A DNA stretch of 32,368 bases from a virus (IMGVR_UViG_3300037044_000221:1-32368); one strand, 5' to 3'; shown: positions 8,165 to 15,687, counted from the stretch's first letter. Translations and numbers: made by a program. Notes: a model not told the origin generated them from the sequence alone.

Positions 8165-8814
8165 CTACATTTCGACTACCATACCCTCATTGGGAGTTGG
8201 CTAGAGTGGTGAGGGATTATTATCCAAATACATCAACAAACATTATTTGCTATGTAACTGGCTTTAATGTGCAACAGGTTTACAGAATTGCAGCTGCGTT
8301 TAATGTTAAAAAAACGCCAGAATATAAGGCAGAACTATTAAAAGCAGAGGCTTTAAAATTGCAAGAATCGGGTTTGGCGCACAGGTTTAAAAAGGGTCAT
8401 GCGCCATTGAATAAGGGCAAAAAAATGAGTAAAGAGGCTTACGAAAAGGTTAAGCCCACCATGTTTAAACCTGGAAGCATACCGCACAACACCAAGCACG
8501 ATGGCCACATTAGCATTAGGATGGATAAAACGGGCAGAAGCTACTCTCATATTCGTGTTGCTAAAGGAACATACAAGCTGCTTCACAGGGTTATATGGGA
8601 AAGGCACAATGGAGCAATACCCAAAGGATTTATTGTGGCCTTTAAAAATGGTAACACCATGGACTGCACGCTCGAGAACCTAGAGCTAATAAGCCGCCAG
8701 GAAGGAATGTTGCGAAACAGCATGATGAACAAATATCCAGCCGACGTGGTAGAGGTTATAAGGCTTAAGGGAGCGCTAAAGCGAAGAATTAAAAAACTTG
8801 AGGAACGATGGTAG
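8155..8814 (+). CDS. HNH endonuclease-family protein
   Basis: FKKGHAPLNKG and FKPGSIPHN repeats; LLHRVIWERHNGAIPKGFIVAFKNGNTMDCTLENLELISR. Confidence 0.85.
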   Translation: MDLTTFRLPYPHWELARVVRDYYPNTSTNIICYVTGFNVQQVYRIAAAFNVKKTPEYKAELLKAEALKLQESGLAHRFKKGHAPLNKGKKMSKEAYEKVKPTMFKPGSIPHNTKHDGHISIRMDKTGRSYSHIRVAKGTYKLLHRVIWERHNGAIPKGFIVAFKNGNTMDCTLENLELISRQEGMLRNSMMNKYPADVVEVIRLKGALKRRIKKLEERW

Positions 8815-8835
8815 TAACAATTAAAACAATACAAC

Positions 8836-9108
8836 ATGGCACGAAATAGCATGGACGATTTACGCAATCACCTTTTTGAAACATTTGAACGCCTAAAGGC
8901 AAACAACGATCCTTCGGCATCGGCCGAGGATAGAATAGACCTACCAACAGCTAAGCAAATATGCGAGGCCAGCGAGGTTATAATTCAATCGGTAAAGGTG
9001 GAGGTCGATTTTCTGCACGTCCTTTCACGTGCAGAGAACCGCGATGCGGTAATTAATGCAGCAAGCAATATGCTGCCAAAGTCACATCAAAAATCAATAG
9101 GACAATGA
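8836..9108 (+). CDS. Small phage protein often found after this HNH type
   Basis: NSMDDLRNHLFETFERL motif. Confidence 0.7.
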   Translation: MARNSMDDLRNHLFETFERLKANNDPSASAEDRIDLPTAKQICEASEVIIQSVKVEVDFLHVLSRAENRDAVINAASNMLPKSHQKSIGQ

Positions 9109-9701
9109 ACAAAACAAAAATCGAATGGGCCGATTATCGGTGGAATCCGGTAGTCGGTTGCAAACACGGGTGCGAATACTGCTACGCAGAGGCAATGAAC
9201 CGGCGTTTTAAATTTATAGCCGATTTTCGTGATCCCCAGTTCTTTTTAAATCGCTTAACCGAGCCCCGCAAGTTTGGTGAACCAGGGCGGGTTTTTGTGG
9301 TCACCATGGGCGATTTGTTTGGATCCTGGGTTCCCGATGTTTGGGTTCACGCTATACTCGAAGTGGTGGAAATGCACCCCGAGCACACCTTTATGTTTTT
9401 AACCAAAAACCCAACCCGCTACTTTAGGTACGATTTTCCTGAGAATACAATGATTGGGCTAACCCTAACCGAACCAAACAGCGCCAAGCTAACCGCATTT
9501 AAAGCCCACTTACACCCACGGAAGTTCTTAAGCCTGGAACCCATTATGGCAACTTTTGAGGGGGTAGACTTTAACGGAATAGAGGAGGTTATTGTTGGTG
9601 CAATGACGGGACCCAAAGCGAAACCACCAAAACCCGAGTGGGTTGAAAGCATTAAGCACCACAATGTGTTTTTGAAGGATAACATTAAAAAGTACTTGTA
9701 A
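9105..9701 (+). CDS. Gp37/Gp68 (DUF5131)-family radical-SAM-like protein
   Basis: TKIEWADYRWNPVVGCKHGCEYCYA, MGDLF, FLTKNP, FLSLEP. Confidence 0.85.
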   Translation: MNKTKIEWADYRWNPVVGCKHGCEYCYAEAMNRRFKFIADFRDPQFFLNRLTEPRKFGEPGRVFVVTMGDLFGSWVPDVWVHAILEVVEMHPEHTFMFLTKNPTRYFRYDFPENTMIGLTLTEPNSAKLTAFKAHLHPRKFLSLEPIMATFEGVDFNGIEEVIVGAMTGPKAKPPKPEWVESIKHHNVFLKDNIKKYL

Positions 9702-9934
9702 TGGCAGCATTTCAACAAATAGCGCTAAGGGAATTGCCCACTTGGGTAAATGTACTCAAGGCCGATGGAGCGAGCAAAGAGGAAATGCTAGCCGATCTCG
9801 AACTTATTGACGATTTGCTAGTGCTTCAAAAATCCAAGTCGCTGCTGAACAGAAAAAAGAACCTAAAGGCACAGCTGGAGGCACGAATAGGTTTGTCGCT
9901 GGGCCATAAGCCTGCAAGCTTGAATAGGAGGTAG
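9701..9934 (+). CDS. Hypothetical protein
   Basis: TAATG coupling. Confidence 0.65.
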   Translation: MAAFQQIALRELPTWVNVLKADGASKEEMLADLELIDDLLVLQKSKSLLNRKKNLKAQLEARIGLSLGHKPASLNRR

Positions 9935-9935
9935 T

Positions 9936-10205
9936 ATGGAACTAGCCAATGCCCGTTACATCCTATTCCTGATCGACTCGAAAATTAAGGAACACGACGG
10001 CAAGATATTCTGCTCGCTAAAGGAAGCCAGGGAGTACGCCAAGGATACCATTAACGAGAAGTATGCCGACAAGGCAGTAGTAGGAATGTTTGTGTGGGAC
10101 AGTGAGCGAAGAGAACTGCCAATTACAATGGTTGAAACCATAGGGTTTCAAGGCGATAAAAAGGATCCACTTCAATTGAGATTATTTGAACCAACACGAT
10201 TATGA
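9936..10205 (+). CDS. Hypothetical protein
   Basis: Operon packing; ends in a QLRLF clamp-binding-like motif. Confidence 0.65.
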   Translation: MELANARYILFLIDSKIKEHDGKIFCSLKEAREYAKDTINEKYADKAVVGMFVWDSERRELPITMVETIGFQGDKKDPLQLRLFEPTRL

Positions 10206-10615
10206 AAATTTTACACCTTACACTCAAAAAGAAATGGTATGACATGATACTTAGTGGCGAAAAATTGGAGGAATATCGAGAAACCAAAGAGTATTGGAGC
10301 ACCCGACTAAGAAACAAACAGTTTGATATTATCCGTTTTCGCAACGGGTACAAAGCCAATGCACCTTCGATGGATGTAGAATTTAAAGGTGTAAAATTTG
10401 GTGAAGCCAAAGGGAGTTGGTCAGACAACGCAGAAGGAATATTTTATGTAATATCGTTGGGTAAGGTTATGAATGCAAAGAGCGGCGAGAGCGTGAAGCC
10501 TTTGCGTAAGCCTATGTTTTGCGAATGTCATAAACCTTTTGCAAGAAAGATGCCTAATGGGGAGTTAATTTGTGATTACTGTAAAAACCCCAAGAAAAAG
10601 CAAACTGGACGCTAA
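10202..10615 (+). CDS. ASCH-domain protein with C-terminal CxC...CxxC zinc-ribbon-like tail
   Basis: LHLTLKKKWYDMILSGEKLEEYRE...FRNGY. Confidence 0.8.
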   Translation: MKILHLTLKKKWYDMILSGEKLEEYRETKEYWSTRLRNKQFDIIRFRNGYKANAPSMDVEFKGVKFGEAKGSWSDNAEGIFYVISLGKVMNAKSGESVKPLRKPMFCECHKPFARKMPNGELICDYCKNPKKKQTGR

Positions 10616-10753
10616 CGTTATCGGGGTTGGGCTTCGTTGCCCCCTGATTAAAACAACTAATTATCAACTTAATAATACCAATGATATGGAACAAAACGCT
10701 AACCAAACTGATGCACGGGGCAATAAGCTTAACCCCTTGTTACCGCCCGTTTT
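10611..10753. repeat. attC-like imperfect inverted repeat
   Basis: GCTAAC..GGGGTTGGGCTT-cg-TTGCCCC [~73 nt loop] GGGGCAA-t-AAGCTTAACCCC..GTTACCG. Confidence 0.65.
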
Positions 10754-11078
10754 TAATACTATTAACTTTGAGCGGGAAAAAGTAGCAACTTATGCTAGAA
10801 TTTCAAAAGAGATGCTAACCGATTTAAAAATGAAAGTTGAGCAATCAGATGATGATTTTATTTATGATTTACTTCACGCTCAACTTGTAGGTTATATTTA
10901 TTCAAATATGTCGGAAGAGAGAGATTTAGTTTACTGGTGCAAACGACCAACATTTTTTGAGTGGTTGTTTAGGAAAAGTAAAAAAGTAGTATTTAAATTA
11001 CAAGTCAAAGATATATTGTTAAATCCACCAAAAGATAAAAATACTGCAAGAATATATCAAGTCGAATATCCGTCTTAA
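10686..11078 (+). CDS. AT-rich cassette-like hypothetical protein (start re-called to ATG 10686)
   Basis: In-frame ATG within the hairpin loop; body visibly more AT-rich than its flanks. Confidence 0.65.
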   Translation: MEQNANQTDARGNKLNPLLPPVFNTINFEREKVATYARISKEMLTDLKMKVEQSDDDFIYDLLHAQLVGYIYSNMSEERDLVYWCKRPTFFEWLFRKSKKVVFKLQVKDILLNPPKDKNTARIYQVEYPS

Positions 11079-11136
11079 AATTGGCGGTAACTAAGGGGTG
11101 GGTATGTTTTTTAACGGCAAAATAATAGTTAAGATT

Positions 11137-11289
11137 ATGAGCAACAGAATTGTAAGGCGAATAAGGTTTGATAAAAAGCAACTCGAGGCTATTGCTAAGC
11201 TACGAATAGCCTCGGTTGATGCTTTTACCAGGGTTGCCGTTTACGAAAAATTGGAGAGGGATTTTAAGCTAAAAGTAAACCCCGCATAA
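11137..11289 (+). CDS. Small basic hypothetical protein (start uncertain: 11098, 11104 or 11137)
   Basis: ORF track; ATG 11137 has an A-rich upstream context. Confidence 0.5.
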   Translation: MSNRIVRRIRFDKKQLEAIAKLRIASVDAFTRVAVYEKLERDFKLKVNPA

Positions 11290-11351
11290 GCGGGGTAGGT
11301 TTGGCGGGAAAGGCAGTAGGGGTACTGCAAAATTAAACCAAACCTATAAAT

Positions 11352-11576
11352 ATGGCATACAACAGGAGAAATATTTTAAAACGAATTATTGACATTCAGA
11401 ACCTAACCCTTGAGCAAACTGCCAGGGGAGTAACGCAGGAGTGGGTTTTCAATAATATTATATTTCCAACGTATCGCATTTCGCGATCGTGCTACTACTC
11501 TTACCTTAGCCAAAATGCCAAGGCACAGCTTAAAAAACTCGATGAAATTACCTCAAGCCAAATGAACCTATTTTAA
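11352..11576 (+). CDS. Putative late/middle transcription regulator (positional analogue of Mor/C)
   Basis: HTH-like TQEWVFNNIIFPTYRISRSCYYSYL; last gene of the early operon before the late genes. Confidence 0.55.
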   Translation: MAYNRRNILKRIIDIQNLTLEQTARGVTQEWVFNNIIFPTYRISRSCYYSYLSQNAKAQLKKLDEITSSQMNLF

Positions 11577-11607
11577 ATTTTATTAAATTTGTTTTTAAAA
11601 ATAAGCC

Positions 11608-11976
11608 ATGAACGACACATTAAGAATAGTAGTTAGGGCCTTTTTAATACTGGCAGCATTTTTGGTAATTATTTACTTTATCCTAACAAACATTGGTGAG
11701 CCTAATTTTATTAGCATTTATCCCTATGTTGAAAAATTTGAGTGCGAAAATTCGGGCACTAAAATTTATTATAGAGTAACAAATACTAGCTTGGAGAGGA
11801 TTTCAAGTTTTACCCTTCATGTTATTGTAACCGATAAGTACACGGGTAAAAGCGATTACTACGAGTTAGAAAACAGGGCAGGAATACTAGCCAAAGAAAC
11901 CCTTAGCGACTTTGCAATAGTTGGTCGCTACGATTGTAGCAAAATTAGCATTGAAATGCGCTCCACTCCGTTTTAA
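11608..11976 (+). CDS. Moron: membrane-anchored protein with a beta-rich exported domain
   Basis: N-terminal TM, AT-rich, own TAAATTTG (11584-11591) -7 motif and terminator. Confidence 0.7.
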   Translation: MNDTLRIVVRAFLILAAFLVIIYFILTNIGEPNFISIYPYVEKFECENSGTKIYYRVTNTSLERISSFTLHVIVTDKYTGKSDYYELENRAGILAKETLSDFAIVGRYDCSKISIEMRSTPF

Positions 11977-11981
11977 AAGCC

Positions 11982-12002
11982 CCGCCAAAAGGCGGTTTTT
12001 TT
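11982..12002 (+). terminator. Intrinsic terminator between convergent genes
   Basis: CCGCC-aaaa-GGCGG-T7. Confidence 0.7.
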
Positions 12003-12537
12003 ATTCCATTTCTACAACCAACTTATCGCCATCGAGCTTAAGCATCGGCCTTTGCGCCGAAAAGTCTTTTACCGTTACCCTGTAAACCTCAAGGTGCGCA
12101 ATAATATCGTCGTGATCGTGGTCCTGCGTACTGCCTATACGGGTAAAGCTGCCCATATAACCTGTTTCGGTTCCCCAGCCTGTTACTAAGGCATGCACTG
12201 CATCAATGGCTCGCAAATGCTTAAGGTAGGTGCTTTGCTCGCTGTTTCCGTCACGGCTGCTGGCATTGGTTTTAGAACCAATATGTAGCGTTATTACCGC
12301 ATCGGTAACCTGAACGCCTCCACCCACCGATCGCCATTGAATGGGCATAAATTCAATAAAAATGCAGGGGAATAAAAATGGCTTTTCGGTTGCCAGGTTG
12401 GCCCATTGATTGTTCCAAAGGTCGATGGTTTTAATAACCCTCTCTCCGCTTGGCAGGCAAAGTTTCGCAATACGTGCGCTAATGTCGGTGTACATTTTTT
12501 CAAAAATGCCAGCCGCTTTTAAATCGTTTTTAACCAT
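12001..12537 (-). CDS. Tail terminator/completion protein (Mu gp37-like)
   Basis: IDLWNNQ...FPCIFIEF motif; follows gpG. Confidence 0.6.
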   Translation of the reverse strand: MVKNDLKAAGIFEKMYTDISARIAKLCLPSGERVIKTIDLWNNQWANLATEKPFLFPCIFIEFMPIQWRSVGGGVQVTDAVITLHIGSKTNASSRDGNSEQSTYLKHLRAIDAVHALVTGWGTETGYMGSFTRIGSTQDHDHDDIIAHLEVYRVTVKDFSAQRPMLKLDGDKLVVEME

Positions 12538-12550
12538 AGTTTAAAGTGTA

Positions 12551-13078
12551 TTAAATTTCAAATATTTTGTCGACTGCCGCAGCCATTGCAGCATCGATTT
12601 TTAAGTTAAGAACTTCACTCTCGCCCATGAACTGGCGCTGTGGAAGGTTCATTTTTCGCTTATGCGCTCTAACTCCATAGCTACCCGTGGCCTGTTTTCT
12701 TTTTCCCGATTTTTGGTACTTCCTTCGCTTATGCGATTTAACGGTTACCGTTTCGCTTACACCGGTGTTGTGCGCTGCTGCGTAGGGTAAATTAGTGCCA
12801 ATTTCGGTAAGCCTCCAGCTTACTAAAAGTTTACGAATGGAGTTGCGCAGGTGCCCACGCTTAACCAGTATTGCGCCGCCTGGTCGACTTCCATTTTTAC
12901 GCCCCGCCCATTTGGTAAGTCCCTTATCGCGCCATCCCTGTCGACGGAAGCTATCCTTAAAAAAGTTGAGCGCAGTTGTTGCCAGAACATCAGGAATTGA
13001 AGCCTTGGCCTCGGTTAGGTTGATAACTATTTTAGAAAAATCGTAATCCCTGCCTTTATATTGAAATGTCCTTGCCAT
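12551..13078 (-). CDS. Virion morphogenesis protein (Mu gpG / Phage_tail_S family)
   Basis: ILVKRGHLRNSI, IGTNLPYAAAHN, LPQRQFMG. Confidence 0.9.
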   Translation of the reverse strand: MARTFQYKGRDYDFSKIVINLTEAKASIPDVLATTALNFFKDSFRRQGWRDKGLTKWAGRKNGSRPGGAILVKRGHLRNSIRKLLVSWRLTEIGTNLPYAAAHNTGVSETVTVKSHKRRKYQKSGKRKQATGSYGVRAHKRKMNLPQRQFMGESEVLNLKIDAAMAAAVDKIFEI

Positions 13079-13082
13079 ACTA

Positions 13083-13113
13083 TTGCTTTTTGTTAAATGT
13101 TGCCATATATTTG
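13083..13113 (+). promoter_or_regulatory. Host-type promoter pointing antisense to the late operon
   Basis: TTG (13083-13085), 20 nt, TATATTTG (13106-13113). Confidence 0.65.
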
Positions 13114-13119
13114 TATTCT

Positions 13120-13183
13120 AATTCCCAGCCTGCGGGTTGGGGTAACCCAAAAGCGGAAGTAACTTCGGTTATTTTCGCTTTTT
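13120..13183 (+). ncRNA. Candidate ~65-nt small RNA convergent with the MuF 3' end
   Basis: Promoter upstream; hairpin CCCAGCC-tgcg-GGTTGGG; 15-bp hairpin with C(UUCG)G loop ending in a U-run; G-U pairs favour the + strand. Confidence 0.65.
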
Positions 13184-14389
13184 AACTTTAATGTCATTTT
13201 TCCTAACAATTACTAACTCCTCTAAATTTTTATTGGCATTAAATTGGCCCTTTGCAAACCTTTCAATGTATGCATCGGTTGCGTTGAATGATGGCTTAAT
13301 AACACAAATACTCGCTTTTTTTGAAGCCTCGGCCACCTTTTTTGCAATATTTCGCTGGCTTGCGCTTTTAAATTCGGCAATTTTACCATTAAGCATCGCT
13401 GTTGGGCACTTACTTGCCTCGCTTTCGGCCCAATTACCATAGTGCGCCAGCCTTGCTGCCTTGTCGTTTTCGTTAATTTTAGGCAAAAGTTTTACTTGTT
13501 TATAGCCACCATTTTTAAGCGCTGCAGCCATTGCCCTATTCTTATCCCTTACGTCAGCACTTTCGCCCTGAACAAGGGCGTGCTCCTCAATGGTTGCCCC
13601 ATTAACCTTTATTGTTCGGTAGGTGTTGGCCGGGGGTAAGTATACCATAGACTTTTTAAGCACTTCTTTAGGCACATCGTTATAGTAGGGGTGATTTTTT
13701 GGAAACATCAGCCCTTGTTTTGCCAGGTTTGTACGGAATAGGCTTGGAACTTCTGGGTAAACAATGGCACCGTCGGGTGTTTCGCGCGAACCACCAGTTT
13801 GTGTTGTGGTGCAACGGCAATTCCATCCGTTTGGTGGGTAGTAGTTGCTCCAAAAGTTATCGTCAATTCGCTTCACGGTGCCATCCAGAGCAGCGTGGCT
13901 ATCCCTTACCAGGCTATCACCAACGGTGCTATAGCGCAGGAACGGCATTGCTTTAGACGTGCGTGTGTAATCGGTCCACTTTGCAGCGTTTAGCGATCCA
14001 CTAATGGCCGTGGAGTACTCGCTTTCAAGCCAATTCTCGTTGAACTGTAAAAAATTCTTTTCAGCAACCTCTCTAAATTCGATGAATGAAAGCAACTCGC
14101 CCGAATCGTTGGTAAGGGCATCGGTTAGCAGGCGCATTTCCTGGTAATTTTTAGCCGCCGAAAATTGGTAAACGTTAGTCTCCAGGCTTGCGAGCATTTC
14201 AAAGTCGGGGCTATCAACACTAAGATCTTTAAAATCGTTTTTAAAGCCCTTTTTAAGCCCTTTTTTCAACTCGGTTGCTGTGGCATCAATTATATCGGGG
14301 TCAATATCCTTTGTGCCACCCGCAGCGTAAACACGCGCAATGAACGAATCCATTAGAGGCGACAGTGTGTGCTTTGCTGCCCCGGCCAA
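13169..14389 (-). CDS. MuF (gp30)-family minor head protein with C-terminal CdiA/PD-(D/E)xK-like toxin extension; probably also expressed as a frameshift fusion to portal
   Basis: LRYSTVGDSLVRDSHAALDG...FWSNYYPPNGWNCRC; C-terminal CPTAMLNGKIAEFKS; weak TTG start with the frame open back to the portal slippery site. Confidence 0.9.
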   Translation of the reverse strand: MAGAAKHTLSPLMDSFIARVYAAGGTKDIDPDIIDATATELKKGLKKGFKNDFKDLSVDSPDFEMLASLETNVYQFSAAKNYQEMRLLTDALTNDSGELLSFIEFREVAEKNFLQFNENWLESEYSTAISGSLNAAKWTDYTRTSKAMPFLRYSTVGDSLVRDSHAALDGTVKRIDDNFWSNYYPPNGWNCRCTTTQTGGSRETPDGAIVYPEVPSLFRTNLAKQGLMFPKNHPYYNDVPKEVLKKSMVYLPPANTYRTIKVNGATIEEHALVQGESADVRDKNRAMAAALKNGGYKQVKLLPKINENDKAARLAHYGNWAESEASKCPTAMLNGKIAEFKSASQRNIAKKVAEASKKASICVIKPSFNATDAYIERFAKGQFNANKNLEELVIVRKNDIKVKKRK

Positions 14390-14459
14390 CTTTACACCGC
14401 CACAGCATTCGCAGGTGGTGTAAGTTTTGGCAATGTTGGCTAACTCAACTTTTTTTTTT
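14385..14459 (-). other. Programmed -1 frameshift signal (A_AAA_AAG plus downstream hairpin) linking portal to MuF
   Basis: GAA AAA AAA AAG TTG AGT TAG; the -1 frame is stop-free into MuF; stem GCCAAC/GTTGGC and TTACACC/GGTGTAA starts 8 nt downstream. Confidence 0.7.
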
Positions 14460-15684
14460 CGGCGCTGAATTGCACCGGTTGCCTCTCCTTTTTGCCAAGG
14501 ATCTTAATGCCATACTTGTCTTCGAAGTACTTGGGGTCTACCTCGTAGTGCTCGAGCAGCATTTTTTCATTAGTTGATTGCTGCTCTGGTGTGTAATCAA
14601 TGGCATAATCCCAGTCGAATATGTCGTTTTCGCCGAATGCAAATCCAAGGTTTCTGAGCTTGGGCAGCAGGTCGTTGTTTATTACGTCCTTCACATTATC
14701 GGCCTGTGCATCAACCACTGCTTGGAACATATTTTCGTGCACTTTGCTTTGGCTAAGGCTCGCCCCGTTATCCATGGTCATTGTAACGGTGAGAATTTCT
14801 TTGGCAATTTCGCTATTTGCACGCTCAATGCGCCTGTCGTAAACATTATATGCATCGCCCCGGCTGCTCTCCTTAATTTCAATTTCGGTGCCCATGGGGA
14901 GCAAAGCATATGCTGCAGTGCCCATATCGGCAAGCATCCTTTCAATGCGGGAGTTGTCGCGGGGGTTGGTGCTACTGGTGCGTCCAATTCGTATGGGCAT
15001 CCCAAACAGCTCTCCAAACTGATCCCAAAAGGCCATCATATTCTTTTTACTTATTGCGTGTGGTGCGAGCTTAAGGAATAAGCCTAACTCCTTTGGACCA
15101 CCAACCTCAAGCACCCAATCGGCAATTTTACCCTCTCGGTAAGGTATGCCAGATTTAAATTCGTCGGATGGATCGCGAAGGATAACCCCAAATTCTGGAC
15201 ACACGTGGTTACGCGGCACTAGCTCAACGCCAGTTAACTTTTTTTTGTTGCCAACTGTAAGCACGTCCCCCAGCTGAATAAGTGAGTGACCCCAATACCT
15301 GGTATCGAGGATGAGCTTAATAATGTCCTTGAACCACTTTGCCTGCAGCAACTCGGTTAACTCGGGCTTATCCTTTTTGGATTTTGCATCCTGTATTCTG
15401 AATGATCGGCCAAGAACTGTATTTTTTATTTGCTCGGTTGCACCTGTAATTTGCCCGTCAATGTCTACGTCAGTATACACGTTGAGCAGTTCGCCTCTCC
15501 TGGGATTTTCCACGTCAATAGCGGTTTGCCAAGCCTGTCGCCACTTTCGAATATCCTTTTGGGTTAGCCTTTGAGTAATTTGAGCAAGCTCAATTACCAT
15601 TTTCTTTTTGTCGCGGTCGGCGAGCTCAACCCCGCTGGAGGAGCTAACCACGTTTATTGCTTTTCCGTGTTGGTCGTATAGCAT
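14440..15684 (-). CDS. Portal protein (Mu gp29 / DUF935)
   Basis: WDQFGELFGMPIRIG, ANSEIAKEILTVTMT, SLSQSKVHE. Confidence 0.9.
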   Translation of the reverse strand: MLYDQHGKAINVVSSSSGVELADRDKKKMVIELAQITQRLTQKDIRKWRQAWQTAIDVENPRRGELLNVYTDVDIDGQITGATEQIKNTVLGRSFRIQDAKSKKDKPELTELLQAKWFKDIIKLILDTRYWGHSLIQLGDVLTVGNKKKLTGVELVPRNHVCPEFGVILRDPSDEFKSGIPYREGKIADWVLEVGGPKELGLFLKLAPHAISKKNMMAFWDQFGELFGMPIRIGRTSSTNPRDNSRIERMLADMGTAAYALLPMGTEIEIKESSRGDAYNVYDRRIERANSEIAKEILTVTMTMDNGASLSQSKVHENMFQAVVDAQADNVKDVINNDLLPKLRNLGFAFGENDIFDWDYAIDYTPEQQSTNEKMLLEHYEVDPKYFEDKYGIKILGKKERQPVQFSAEKKKLS

Positions 15685-15687
15685 GGC

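Noticed and set aside
10572-10685. GTG-started N-terminal extension of the cassette ORF
   Set aside because: Runs through the hairpin arm and overlaps ASCH; ATG 10686 in an A-rich context is more plausible.
13191-13442. 83-aa plus-strand ORF as a possible immunity protein driven by the antisense promoter
   Set aside because: Lies wholly antisense to MuF, downstream of the predicted sRNA terminator, and has shadow-ORF composition.
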